NCBI GenBank assembly: GCA_963709345.1
Contig: CAVPVX010000002.1
Coordinates: 320,001-384,000, forward strand
DNA length: 64,000 nt
Source of the DNA: an uncultured Actinomycetes bacterium
Lineage (GTDB): Bacteria > Actinomycetota > Thermoleophilia > UBA2241
Reading direction: 5' to 3'
Positions within the stretch are counted from its first letter, which is position 1. Every line of letters begins with the position of its first letter. The notes beneath the pieces were generated by a model. It had not been told where the DNA came from, made no database searches, and worked only from the letters and a program-made list of their open reading frames with translations. This document shows positions 1 through 10,332 of this stretch, one piece after another. Position numbers and translations under genes: made by a program.

Positions 1-145
1 GCCGGCGAGCGCCTCCCGGCACGTCTGCGCGAAGTACCCATGGACAACGGGACCGGTGCCCCATGCCACCACGCCGTTACCGCGCCGATGACCTGCACTG
101 AGGGCGCGGGACCGTGCCCGGAGGGACAGGGCTAGGAGGCAGGGG

Positions 146-397
146 ATGTCAGGCGTTGCGACCGGCTACACGCTGGTGCTGGCACAGGAAGATCCGCATG
201 GCGAGCCTGCTCGCGACTACATCGTGACCGACGGCGGCGTCCTGTACGCGACGAGCGACGGCGGGAACACCTGGCGCTTCTACGGACTCGTCGATCCCGA
301 GGCGTTCCTGCTCGATCTCGGCTTCATGGATGCGTGGGAGCTCGTCGACGCCGACGCGGACCGGCTCTCGCACCGCGGGCGCTTCCTCGCCGCGTGA
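146..397 (+). CDS. Small hypothetical protein with one Asp-box/BNR-like motif
   Basis: 83-aa ORF with AGGAGG upstream; contains TSDGGNTW (SxDGGxTW); convergent with cysE. Confidence 0.5.
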   Translation: MSGVATGYTLVLAQEDPHGEPARDYIVTDGGVLYATSDGGNTWRFYGLVDPEAFLLDLGFMDAWELVDADADRLSHRGRFLAA

Positions 398-419
398 GAC
401 GCGGCGCAGGCTGACGACG

Positions 420-1271
420 TCAGATTCCGGCGCCCTCGTCGAAGCGCAGCAGTTCCGCCAGCATCGCCTGCGTCTCGCGCAGGGCCTGCTCGCGCTTTCC
501 GCTCCGCTCGGGGTGGATCTCGTCGAGCTCCTTCTCCATCTCGATGATGCGCGCCACGAGGCACTTGATCGCCTCGGCCACCGGGTCGGGAAGGTGCCGG
601 TAGTCGATGTCCGGGATGCCCACACGCTGCCCCTGGAGCAGCACGGGCCGGCCGGGGTTGCCGACCACCGTGGAGTTCTTCGGCACGTCGCTGACCACGA
701 CGCTGCCGGCGCCGACCTTGGCGTTGTCGCCGACGGTGATGCCGCCGAGCACCTTGGCCCCGGCGCCGAACACGACGTTGTCGCCCACCGTCGGGTGCCG
801 CTTGCCGGTCTCCTTGCCGGTACCGCCGAGCGTCACTCCCTGGTAGATCGTGACGTTGTCGCCGATCTCGGCGGTCTCGCCGATGACCACGCCGGAACCA
901 TGGTCGATGAACAGGCCGTGACCGATCTCGGCGCCGGGGTGGATCTCGATACCGGTGACCAGCCGGTTGAACTGGCTGACCCAGCGCGGCAGCAGCGGGA
1001 CGCCGGCTTCGTGGACCCTGTGCGCGAGGCGATGCAGCCACAGCGCGTGCAGCCCGGGGTACGACGTGATGATCTCGAGCTTCGAGGTGGCCGCCGGGTC
1101 GCGCTCCTGGACGGCCTTGACGTCGCTGCTGATCTCATCGACCGCCGTATGGACGTCCCGGGAGAGACCGCCGACCACGCCGTTCACGGAACGACAGCCG
1201 CTCGCGCGCCTGCCGAGAAACCAGCATCCGGCGACACCCAGGCCCGCCAGGGCCAGCAGCTTGCGGATCAC
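420..1271 (-). CDS. cysE: Serine O-acetyltransferase
   Basis: [52 protein letters not shown] hexapeptide motifs; ends in EGAGI; GTG start placed after AAAGGGAGGTGA RBS. Confidence 0.92.
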   Translation of the reverse strand: MIRKLLALAGLGVAGCWFLGRRASGCRSVNGVVGGLSRDVHTAVDEISSDVKAVQERDPAATSKLEIITSYPGLHALWLHRLAHRVHEAGVPLLPRWVSQFNRLVTGIEIHPGAEIGHGLFIDHGSGVVIGETAEIGDNVTIYQGVTLGGTGKETGKRHPTVGDNVVFGAGAKVLGGITVGDNAKVGAGSVVVSDVPKNSTVVGNPGRPVLLQGQRVGIPDIDYRHLPDPVAEAIKCLVARIIEMEKELDEIHPERSGKREQALRETQAMLAELLRFDEGAGI

Positions 1272-1341
1272 AGCCGTCACCTCCCTTTCTCGTCAAGCGC
1301 GAACCCGCACAAGCCGAGCCACGCTCTCGCGCGGTACGGTA

Positions 1342-2142
1342 TCACGCCTCGTTCATGCTGCCGGTGCGGAAGCCGTCGAGGTCGAGTGCGACGTAGGTGA
1401 ACCCAGCGGCGTGCAGCCGGCGGGACAGCTCGCCGCGCAACGCGACGGCTCGCGGGACGTCCCGCGACTCCACCTCGACCCGCGCCACGGCGCCGTGATG
1501 GCGCACGCGCGACTGCGCGAACCCGAGGTCGCGGAGCGCCGACTCCGCCGCGGCGACGACGGAGAGCTTCTCGACGGTGATCGGGTCGCCGTAGGGGATG
1601 CGCGAGGCCAGACACGCGCGCTGCGGCGCATCCCAGGTGACGAGGCCGAGCTCGCGCGCCAGTCTCCGCACCTCGGCCTTGCCGATGCCGGCCGCGAGCA
1701 GTGGCCTGAGCACGCCGCGCTCCTCCGCCGCGCGCGTCCCCGGACGATGGTCGCCGGCGTCGTCGGCGTTGGCCCCGTCGACGAGCGTCGCGCAGCCTCG
1801 CTCGGCGGCGACGCGAGCCATCGCGTCGAGCATCCCCGCCTTGCAGAAGAAGCAGCGGTCACGGGAGTTCGCGACGAAGCGCGCATCGTCGAACGCGTCT
1901 GTGGCGACGACGACGTGCTCGGCGCCCAGGCTTCCGGCCACGAGCTTCGCGGTGGCCAACTCCTCACTCAGGTACAGCGGAGAGACCGCGGTGAACGCAA
2001 GCACCTGCTCGGGGCCCAGCGCGCGGACCGCCGCGGCAAGCACCAGGCTCGAGTCCACGCCGCCTGAGAAGGCGACGCAGGCGCGGTCGACGCCGGCGAA
2101 CTGCGCCAGAAGCCTCGTGAGGACGTCGTGCTCGTCAGACAT
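1342..2142 (-). CDS. larE: LarE-family ATP-dependent sulfur transferase (PP-loop)
   Basis: AFSGGVDS PP-loop, RCFFCK, DGANADD-DHRPG, ACLASRIPYG, LDLDGFRTGSMNE; ATG overlaps the moeB stop. Confidence 0.9.
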   Translation of the reverse strand: MSDEHDVLTRLLAQFAGVDRACVAFSGGVDSSLVLAAAVRALGPEQVLAFTAVSPLYLSEELATAKLVAGSLGAEHVVVATDAFDDARFVANSRDRCFFCKAGMLDAMARVAAERGCATLVDGANADDAGDHRPGTRAAEERGVLRPLLAAGIGKAEVRRLARELGLVTWDAPQRACLASRIPYGDPITVEKLSVVAAAESALRDLGFAQSRVRHHGAVARVEVESRDVPRAVALRGELSRRLHAAGFTYVALDLDGFRTGSMNEA

Positions 2143-2920
2143 CGACATCCAGCGGGGCCGTGATCGTCGCCTGCTCCCCGCAGACGGGGCATGCCGGCGC
2201 GCGCGCGACCTCGACCTCGGTGAAGGTGAGCGCCCCTCCGTCGAACTGCAGGAGCCGGCCGTAGAGCGGCTCCCCGACACCCGTCAGGATCTTGATGACT
2301 TCGAGCGCCTGGATCGCGCCGATGACGCCGGGGATCGGACCGAGGATGCCGGCCTCGGCGCAGCCGATCACACCGGCCGGCGGCGGAGGCTCCGGGAAGA
2401 GGCACCGATAGCAGGCGGTCTCGCCGCCCTTGATGGTCATCGCCAGCCCGCTGAGGCGCAGCACGGCGCCGTCGACCAACGTCTTCTCGAGGACGACGCA
2501 GGTGTCGTTCAAGAGATACCGGGTGGGGAAGTTGTCGACCGCGGTGACGATGACGTCGTAGCGCCGGAGCAACGCCGCGGCGTTCGCGGCGACGAGGCGC
2601 TCCGCGCTCGGCTCGAGCTCGATCTCGGGATTGAGCGCCGCCAGACGCTCCGCGGCGACCGCGGCCTTGGGGCGCCCCAGATCGGCCGTCGTGAACAGGA
2701 TCTGACGCTGCAGGTTCGAGAGCTCGACCACGTCGTCGTCGACCACACCGATGCGGCCGACACCCGCGGCGGCGAGATAGTAGAGGATCGGCGCTCCGAG
2801 CCCGCCGGCACCGACAACCAGCGCCGAGCCGGAGCGGAGGGCGGCCTGGCCACGATCGCCGAGCTCCTCGAGGACGAGCTGGCAATCGTACCGCCGGCGC
2901 TCGTCACCGCCGATCAGCAC
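2135..2920 (-). CDS. HesA/MoeB/ThiF-family adenylyltransferase
   Basis: VVGAGGLG, DDDVVELSNLQRQ, DNFPTRY, CYRC...CPVC zinc motifs. Confidence 0.88.
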   Translation of the reverse strand: MLIGGDERRRYDCQLVLEELGDRGQAALRSGSALVVGAGGLGAPILYYLAAAGVGRIGVVDDDVVELSNLQRQILFTTADLGRPKAAVAAERLAALNPEIELEPSAERLVAANAAALLRRYDVIVTAVDNFPTRYLLNDTCVVLEKTLVDGAVLRLSGLAMTIKGGETACYRCLFPEPPPPAGVIGCAEAGILGPIPGVIGAIQALEVIKILTGVGEPLYGRLLQFDGGALTFTEVEVARAPACPVCGEQATITAPLDVDV

Positions 2921-2993
2921 GGCGCGCGCCCGGGGAGGAGTCGCCGGCCGGGGCAGTGCGCGGTCTGGCCGGCGGCGGACCCGCGGCTCCGGC

Positions 2994-3938
<945 letters not shown>

Positions 3939-3993
3939 GCCGTCTCCTCGCCGTCGCGCCGCGATCCGCATGCAGCGGTCCGCGCCGATGTCG

Positions 3994-4437
3994 TCAGATG
4001 TGGTACATCGGCGCGGCGCCGCACAGCTCGTCCTCGCGCCGGAGAAGATCGCCGATCGAGGTGCCGTCGAGGACCTGCTCGAGCGCCTGCTTCGCCTCGA
4101 TCCACACCGACGAAGCCCCGCAGGTGTCGACCTGATCACAGCGACCCTGGGTGCACTCCGCCGGCGAAGGCACACCGTCCAGCGCCGCCACGACCTGCAG
4201 GACGGTGATGTCGTCGGCGGGCCGGGCGAGCGAATACCCCCCGGATGCTCCGCGCCGGCTGCGCACGACGCCGGCGCGGCGCAGCGCCGCGAACACCTGC
4301 TCGAGGAACTGGAGCGGCATGTCCCGGCGCTCCGCGATGTCGCCGAGACGGACCGGCCGGCCGGACCGTGACTGTTCGATGCGAGCCAGTTCGACCAGAG
4401 CGCGCACCGCGTATCTGCTCTTCATCGAGATGTTCAA
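3994..4437 (-). CDS. Rrf2-family transcriptional regulator (IscR/CymR-like)
   Basis: [24 protein letters not shown] wHTH; three Cys ([12 protein letters not shown]); C-terminal PMYHI; TTG start with GAGGAG RBS. Confidence 0.9.
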   Translation of the reverse strand: MNISMKSRYAVRALVELARIEQSRSGRPVRLGDIAERRDMPLQFLEQVFAALRRAGVVRSRRGASGGYSLARPADDITVLQVVAALDGVPSPAECTQGRCDQVDTCGASSVWIEAKQALEQVLDGTSIGDLLRREDELCGAAPMYHI

Positions 4438-4462
4438 CCCGAAACGCTCCTCTGCACGTCCG

Positions 4463-4512
4463 ATTCCCGATAATTCCAGTCAAGATTACGGACTCCCGGC
4501 ACTCACTGTCAA
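4463..4512 (-). promoter_or_regulatory. Sigma70-type promoter with overlapping Rrf2/IscR-like operator
   Basis: Minus strand reads TTGACA-N18-TAATCT, overlapped by the 25-mer AATCTTGACTGGAATTATCGGGAAT (4487-4463), an imperfect palindrome resembling type-1 IscR sites. Confidence 0.6.
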
Positions 4513-4526
4513 CACCGCGCCCCCGG

Positions 4527-4979
4527 TCAGATCTGGTAACGGCGCACAAGCAGGCCGGCCACGGCCGTCAGCACCAGCGTGATCGCTGCCGCCCAGACGA
4601 TGCGGTAACCCACGATCCAGAAGACGCCGGCGCCGAGCGCGATGAAGATCAGCGAGTCCTCGACGACGGCGTGCACCATGCTGAGGAACGTGCTCATGAT
4701 GAAGACCTGCCGGCGACCGAGGTCGTGCCGACGCACGTCGCGCACGATCACCCCGCCGCCGTAGGCGAGCCCGAAGAGGAAGCCGATGAGCGTAGGCGCC
4801 GCCGACCGCTCGTCGAGTCCCACGTGCCTCACGACGCCCGCCCAGGCGCGGACCACCGCACGAAAGATGCGCGTCCCCTCGAAGATCTCGAGAACGACCA
4901 TGATCGGCACGACGATGAGGAAGACGCGAAGCAGCAGGTCGGCCGACCCCGCAACGAAGGTGCGCAGCAGGTCGTCCAT
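4527..4979 (-). CDS. Nucleoside-recognition (Gate) domain membrane protein
   Basis: GFLFGLAYGGGVI, HAVVEDSLIF; multiple TM segments; second gene of a pair. Confidence 0.75.
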   Translation of the reverse strand: MDDLLRTFVAGSADLLLRVFLIVVPIMVVLEIFEGTRIFRAVVRAWAGVVRHVGLDERSAAPTLIGFLFGLAYGGGVIVRDVRRHDLGRRQVFIMSTFLSMVHAVVEDSLIFIALGAGVFWIVGYRIVWAAAITLVLTAVAGLLVRRYQI

Positions 4980-4981
4980 GC

Positions 4982-5473
4982 TCAGAGCCAGCCCATCAAC
5001 AGATTGGCCGTCGCTGCGGCAGCGAGTCCCGCGACGACACGCAGGGCGCCGAAGGCGAAGCCGTTCATCCCGGCCCTGTGGAGCACGGCGCCCTCGACCA
5101 CGAGGTTGTGCCCTATGAGGATCGCGATCGCCAGCACGGTGATCTGCCGGGCGTCGAGGTCGAGCGCCTGCATCGAGCCGACGGCCGCGTAGATGTTGAG
5201 CAGATAGCCGACGACCAGCGGGACGGCGGCGTCGCCGGGCAGGCCGAGGGCCTGCATGACCGGCCGGGCGGCCGTGGCCAACCATCCGATGACGCCGAGG
5301 TACTCGAGAACCAGCGTGATGCCGTATGCCGGGATCATGACTTTGGCGAGATCCCAGAACGTCTGCAGGCCGGAGACCAGGCCGAGGCGCAGATCCCGCC
5401 GCACGAGGGCGCCGAGGCCCTCCGGCGGGGGCGGGAGCGGCGTTCCGGGTGCGGTGTCGGTCGAGTCGGGCAT
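4982..5473 (-). CDS. Nucleoside-recognition (Gate) domain membrane protein
   Basis: PVMQALGLPGDAAVPL, NIYAAVG, GHNLVVEG; first gene of a pair. Confidence 0.75.
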   Translation of the reverse strand: MPDSTDTAPGTPLPPPPEGLGALVRRDLRLGLVSGLQTFWDLAKVMIPAYGITLVLEYLGVIGWLATAARPVMQALGLPGDAAVPLVVGYLLNIYAAVGSMQALDLDARQITVLAIAILIGHNLVVEGAVLHRAGMNGFAFGALRVVAGLAAAATANLLMGWL

Positions 5474-5622
5474 GCGCCGGGCATTCTCGCACGAGCGCAC
5501 CCCCGCGTCACAGCGCGAGGCACATGCGCCGACAACGTCACCGGGGACGGAGGGCAAACGTCACCTCCGGCGGCAGCGCGTCACCCTTGAGGCTCACCGG
5601 GCACGGGGCGCACGATGCCCAC

Positions 5623-6135
5623 ATGCTCATGACCGGACACCGCATCCTCCTCGTCATCGCCCTGGTGGCCGCGGCCGTCACCGTCGTCGCCGTACTGCTG
5701 TCGGCCTGCGGAGAAGCCGACGTGCCGGCTCCGCGGGTCGCTCCCTCCGACACGCATCTCGCCTCCCTCTCGCCCAGGCCATCGCCGACGGCAAGCCCTG
5801 CGGATGCAGCGGACCGCCTCGAGGCGGTCCGCACCGTCGAGCTCTACTGCCGCCTGGTGGACCGCGGTCAGTTCGCCCGGGCGGGACTGCTGTGCTCCCG
5901 CCCTGATCTGCTCACGCGGAGGGAGCTCGCCTCACTTCGAGCCTTCCGCTTCCGCTCGGCGCGCGTCCATGCCGCTCCGGACGCGCGCACGCTCGTTCTG
6001 CTCACTCGCGTACGCGTGCGCGCGGGCCGAGGTTGTCCGCTGCCGGACGGCCTCGTCACGCTGTTCTTCACCCTGGGGAGGGTCCACACGGGCGTGGAGG
6101 GATGGCTCATCACCGCCATCGCCACGAGCCCATAA
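5623..6135 (+). CDS. Putative lipoprotein, hypothetical
   Basis: Hydrophobic N-terminus ending in lipobox LSAC; C-terminal GWLITAI; directly upstream of the amidase-domain gene. Confidence 0.55.
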   Translation: MLMTGHRILLVIALVAAAVTVVAVLLSACGEADVPAPRVAPSDTHLASLSPRPSPTASPADAADRLEAVRTVELYCRLVDRGQFARAGLLCSRPDLLTRRELASLRAFRFRSARVHAAPDARTLVLLTRVRVRAGRGCPLPDGLVTLFFTLGRVHTGVEGWLITAIATSP

Positions 6136-6155
6136 CCCTCGAGAAAGGGGTCCGA

Positions 6156-7304
6156 ATGAAGAGACGACAAAGGGTACTGTGGACGGCGGTGGGGCTGGCC
6201 CTCGCCGCCTGCGCCGCCGCGGCCGTATCGGCAGGGGCCGCAAACGGCGGCAGGCCGGCCGGCGGCGGTGACCCACCATCCGGCCCGGCGGCCGCCGCCA
6301 TCGGCTATCTGCAGGCCCGCGCGGCCGCCGTCACGGCCGTCGACCCGCGAGCAGTACTGGACGGCTGGGTCGCTCCCGGAAGCGGTCTGGCGGACACCGA
6401 GACGCTCATCGCCCGCGGGGCCGCCCGGCGCGCCCGGCAGCTCGGCCACTCCATCGAGTCCGTCGCCTGCGACGTGGAACTGCTCGGCGAGACGCCGTCG
6501 GCCGACGGCAGGTCGGCGACGGTCATGGTCCGCGTGATCACGACCACAACCTGGCGCGCCGCGTCGGGCGCCGTCGACGAGGAAGCCAGCGGCATCGACC
6601 ACACCCTCAGCGTCAGACTCGCCGATGGGTCGTGGTCCGTGGCCGCCGACGTCTACAGCGACGTGCTACGGCCACACTATCTGGAGGCCGCCGGCGGCTC
6701 GGCGGCTCGAGTGCGACGCGCCGGACGCGCGCTCGAGCGCGCCTCCGCCTCGATGCGTCTTCCACGCGCGGGCCGCGTGGCGCGAGCTGCCGCGCCCCGG
6801 CGGTACAGGGCGATCGTCAAGTACGACCGCGCAACGACTCAAGCCTACGCCGACAAGTACGCGCTCTCCTACAACCCCACCTACGTCGGTTTCGGCGCCG
6901 ACTGCGCCAACTTCGCCTCCCAGTGCGCCGACGCCGGCAAGATGCCGCAGACGCCCGGCGTCTGGGATACCGGCTGGTGGTACAACAAGCGTGGCACATC
7001 CTCGCCGAGGGACGACGCCTACAGTCTGAGCTGGATCAACGTCACCAAGCAGATCGCATTCTGGAACGGCCGCCGGACCGACTGGGCGAGCTCGATCAGC
7101 ACGCTTGCCCGCGGTGATTTCGTCTACTACGACTGGACCGGCGACGGCTTCTGGGACCACGTCGCCGTCCTGGCCGGCACGAACAGCGCCGGGCAGAAGG
7201 TCATCGACGCGCACAGCACCGACTACCGGCGCGTGTTCTGGAAGCTCGGCACATCGTCGACGCGGTACAGGTTCGCGAGGACGCGGCCGGAGTGGGTCGT
7301 CTGA
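6156..7304 (+). CDS. Secreted Amidase_6-domain protein
   Basis: Signal peptide; YDR..AYADKY, DCANFASQC, GDFVYYDW, DHVAV, IDAHS. Confidence 0.8.
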   Translation: MKRRQRVLWTAVGLALAACAAAAVSAGAANGGRPAGGGDPPSGPAAAAIGYLQARAAAVTAVDPRAVLDGWVAPGSGLADTETLIARGAARRARQLGHSIESVACDVELLGETPSADGRSATVMVRVITTTTWRAASGAVDEEASGIDHTLSVRLADGSWSVAADVYSDVLRPHYLEAAGGSAARVRRAGRALERASASMRLPRAGRVARAAAPRRYRAIVKYDRATTQAYADKYALSYNPTYVGFGADCANFASQCADAGKMPQTPGVWDTGWWYNKRGTSSPRDDAYSLSWINVTKQIAFWNGRRTDWASSISTLARGDFVYYDWTGDGFWDHVAVLAGTNSAGQKVIDAHSTDYRRVFWKLGTSSTRYRFARTRPEWVV

Positions 7305-7448
7305 GCGCGGGCTGAACGGAGCCGGCGACACGCCGACGGAACACGGCATGCCACGCCGGGCGAGATCCGGCTGAGCGGCTCCACGACACGGCTGGCCGCG
7401 GCTGAGAGATGGTGGACTCGGCTGCGGCCGGCCGCGTCGAGCGGCGGA

Positions 7449-8813
7449 TCAGTCGAACCCCGGCGCCGCGTCGTGCGCCGCCATGTCGGCGTCTGTCTCG
7501 CGGCGGCGGATCTGCGCCACCGCGCCGTCGCGTGTAACGGCGAACGCCGCCGCCCGCGGGCGCGCGTTGTACGGGTTCATCATCTCCAGCGTGTACGCGC
7601 CCGTGTCGAGGAAGGCGACCACATCGCCCACAGACGTCGCCGGCGGAAAGAGCCGGTACGGCGAGTCGCCGTCGCCGGCGAAGACGTCGCCGCCGTCGCA
7701 GAGCGGGCCGGCCAGCCGGAACTCGGCCGTCGGCTCCTCGTCGGCTCGCGACGCGACGATGGTGCGGTAGTACCAGTGGTAGTTCGTGTGCTCGAGCAGC
7801 GTGTTGAAGCCGGCGTCGACCGTGAGCCAGCGCTCGTCCCCGGTCCGCCGGCCGGCTCCGTCGCGACGGCCTTTGGTCTTCTCGTTCTCGACGCGGGCGA
7901 CGACGACGGCCGCGGTCGCCGCGACCGACCGGCCCGGCTCCAGGAAGAGCGCGAGGTCGGGACGCCGCGCCTTCAACTCGCCGCCGATGACCGCCGCGTA
8001 GTCCGCGGCCGTAAGCTGCGAGCAGAAGTAGTCGCTCGGGTGGCACGTGACCGGCGCCTCACGGTACGGCACGGCGAATCCTCCACCGGCGTTCAGGAAG
8101 CGCATACGCACGCCCTCAGCCGCCTCGACCGCGGCGATGATGTCCAGAGCCGCGCCGACCGCCTGCCGGTACGGCTCAACGCTGGTGATCTGCGAGCCGA
8201 CGTGCAGGTGCAGGCCTGCCGGCTCGAGCGCGGGATCGTCGGCGGCGAGACGGAACGCCGCGACGGCGTCGTCGCGGTCGATGCCGGCCTTCCCGCCGTG
8301 GGCCGTCTCGAGACCCGGATGCGTGAGCGTGGAGACGTGTACGTCGATGCGCGGAGCAACTGGAGCGACCCGCCCGAGTGCGGCGGCGACCCCGGCAATA
8401 CGACGCAGTTCGCAGATGGAATCGACCATGAGGGCGCGCACGCCGCAGGCGACTGCGCGTTCGATCTCAGCCCTGGTCTTGGCGACCCCGTTGAAGATGA
8501 TGCGCCGCGGCTCGAACCCAGCCGCGAGGGCCTTTTCGAGCTCGCCGCCGGCGTTGACCTCGACGCCGGCGCCCTCGTCGCGGACGACGTTGAGGAACCA
8601 GCGATTGGAGCAGGCCTTGCTGGCGAAGAAGACTTCGGTCGCCGCGTGCTGCGCCCTGAAGGCGTCGATGAGACCCCTCACGTTGGCGCGGAGCCGGCGC
8701 TCGCTGAAGACGAAGAAGGGCGTCTCGCGCTCCTCGGCCAGCGCCACCAGATCGACGTCTTCAAAGCAGAGGCGTCCGTCCCGGACGGTGAGCAGTGGAT
8801 CGGTCGCCGGCAT
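7449..8813 (-). CDS. Fold-type III PLP decarboxylase (LysA family; D-ornithine/D-lysine decarboxylase-like)
   Basis: TPFFVFSE, FFASKAC (PLP Lys), HLHVGSQ, NAGGGF, EPGR, GPLCDGGD (not the CE motif of DAP decarboxylases), GAY. Confidence 0.85.
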   Translation of the reverse strand: MPATDPLLTVRDGRLCFEDVDLVALAEERETPFFVFSERRLRANVRGLIDAFRAQHAATEVFFASKACSNRWFLNVVRDEGAGVEVNAGGELEKALAAGFEPRRIIFNGVAKTRAEIERAVACGVRALMVDSICELRRIAGVAAALGRVAPVAPRIDVHVSTLTHPGLETAHGGKAGIDRDDAVAAFRLAADDPALEPAGLHLHVGSQITSVEPYRQAVGAALDIIAAVEAAEGVRMRFLNAGGGFAVPYREAPVTCHPSDYFCSQLTAADYAAVIGGELKARRPDLALFLEPGRSVAATAAVVVARVENEKTKGRRDGAGRRTGDERWLTVDAGFNTLLEHTNYHWYYRTIVASRADEEPTAEFRLAGPLCDGGDVFAGDGDSPYRLFPPATSVGDVVAFLDTGAYTLEMMNPYNARPRAAAFAVTRDGAVAQIRRRETDADMAAHDAAPGFD

Positions 8814-9228
8814 GGTGCCTCCTGGTTGTCGTCTGCCCGGTCAGAGAAGTATACTGCGCCCGCTTTGTCCCACCGGCTACAGGAGCTACGTGAACCGAGT
8901 GGTAGACGCAAGCCCTCACGATCATCGTCGCATCGCCTTCTCGGGCGGCAAGGTGCACGACTTCTAATACCCTTCTCCCCGACGCGCGTCCGACGACGAC
9001 ACCCGCGCGCCGCCTCGACGGTCGGTATCGACACGCCAAGATCCGTTCGGCCACGCCGGCCCGGCCCTCGTGATCACCACGGCGTCTTCGAACCGCACCA
9101 GCCCCGGATCGCCTCGGTCTTCGAGTCGGCCGGCCGGGCATGATCACCGATAAGGTGGAGCACGATGATGATTCCTTCGCAAGCGACGATACCCGAGGCT
9201 CGATCGCCTTGGGCGGAGCGCTGAGCCG

Positions 9229-10332
9229 ATGGCGGCTCTCCCCCGGCTGACGCTCGATCTCGACGCCGTCGCCGACGCGACACGGCGTCTCGCCGCGGAC
9301 CTGCACGCCCGCAGGCTGACGCTCTGTGGCGTCACCAAGTGCGTCGATGGCGAGCCGCGGGTGGGGCGGGCGCTGCTCGAGGCCGGCTGCGCCGGACTCG
9401 CCGACAGTCGCCTGCCCTCGCTGGCGCGACTCGCCGCAAACGCACTGGGGCCGCTCACGCTGATCCGGGCGCCACAGCCGCACGAGCTGGATGCCGTGGC
9501 GCAGATCGCCGACCGGGTGCTGCTCAGCGACCCGGGCGCCACCCGCGCGCTCGGAGAGCGCGCCCCCGGCGCCCCCATACAGATCCTTCTCACTGTCGAC
9601 CTGGGCGACCGCCGCGAAGGCGTCCTTCCGGACGCGGCTCCGGAGATCGCGGCCAAGCTGGCCGTCCTGCCCGGCGTCGAGCTGGCGGGCATCAGCGTCA
9701 ACTTCGCCTGCCTCTCGGGGCAACTGCCCTCGCAGGAGCTGTTCCGGCAGGCCGAGGACGTCCTGGCCGGCATCGCCGAGTGGTGCGCCGCCGAGCCCGT
9801 CCTGTCGCTCGGCGGCACCTGCGTCGTCCAGCATATCGACGGCTACACGCCCCGCTTCGCCACCGAGATCCGTTCCGGCGGCGGGCCGATCTACGGCTAC
9901 GACTTCGTCAGCGACGCCAGTATTGCCGGCCTCGAGCGCGCCGACCCCGTGCTCACGGCGGCCGTGCTCGAGTGCTACCGCAAGCCGCCGGCGCCGTCGT
10001 GCCCCGGCGGTCTCGACGCCTTCGGCCACGTGCCGGAGGTCGAGTTACCCGACCGGGACGCCTGGTACGCGATGCTCGCCGTGGGCAGGCGCGACATGGA
10101 GCCGCAAGGGCTCCGGCCGCTCCTGCCGGGCGCGTACCTCGCCGGCGCGACGAGCGACGTGAGCGTGCTGATCACGCCCGAGCCGCTGCGGCCCGGCGGC
10201 GAGGTGGAGTTCGCAGTCGACTACGACGCGCTCGTGCGCGCCGTCACGTCGCCGTTTGTCGCCGTGGAGTACGTCGGCCGCGGCGAGGCGGCGCCCGCGA
10301 CCGGCTCGGGCGTCTCGAAGGGAGACTCATGA
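9229..10332 (+). CDS. Alanine/ornithine racemase-family PLP enzyme (Orr-like)
   Basis: GVTKC (PLP Lys), LADSRL, VDLGDRREG, NFACLSG, RKP...DAFG, GATSD. Confidence 0.8.
   Translation: MAALPRLTLDLDAVADATRRLAADLHARRLTLCGVTKCVDGEPRVGRALLEAGCAGLADSRLPSLARLAANALGPLTLIRAPQPHELDAVAQIADRVLLSDPGATRALGERAPGAPIQILLTVDLGDRREGVLPDAAPEIAAKLAVLPGVELAGISVNFACLSGQLPSQELFRQAEDVLAGIAEWCAAEPVLSLGGTCVVQHIDGYTPRFATEIRSGGGPIYGYDFVSDASIAGLERADPVLTAAVLECYRKPPAPSCPGGLDAFGHVPEVELPDRDAWYAMLAVGRRDMEPQGLRPLLPGAYLAGATSDVSVLITPEPLRPGGEVEFAVDYDALVRAVTSPFVAVEYVGRGEAAPATGSGVSKGDS

Noticed and set aside
8814-9228. Lysine or SAM riboswitch in the divergent intergenic region
   Set aside because: I could not match any conserved riboswitch core by eye; an Rfam scan would be needed.
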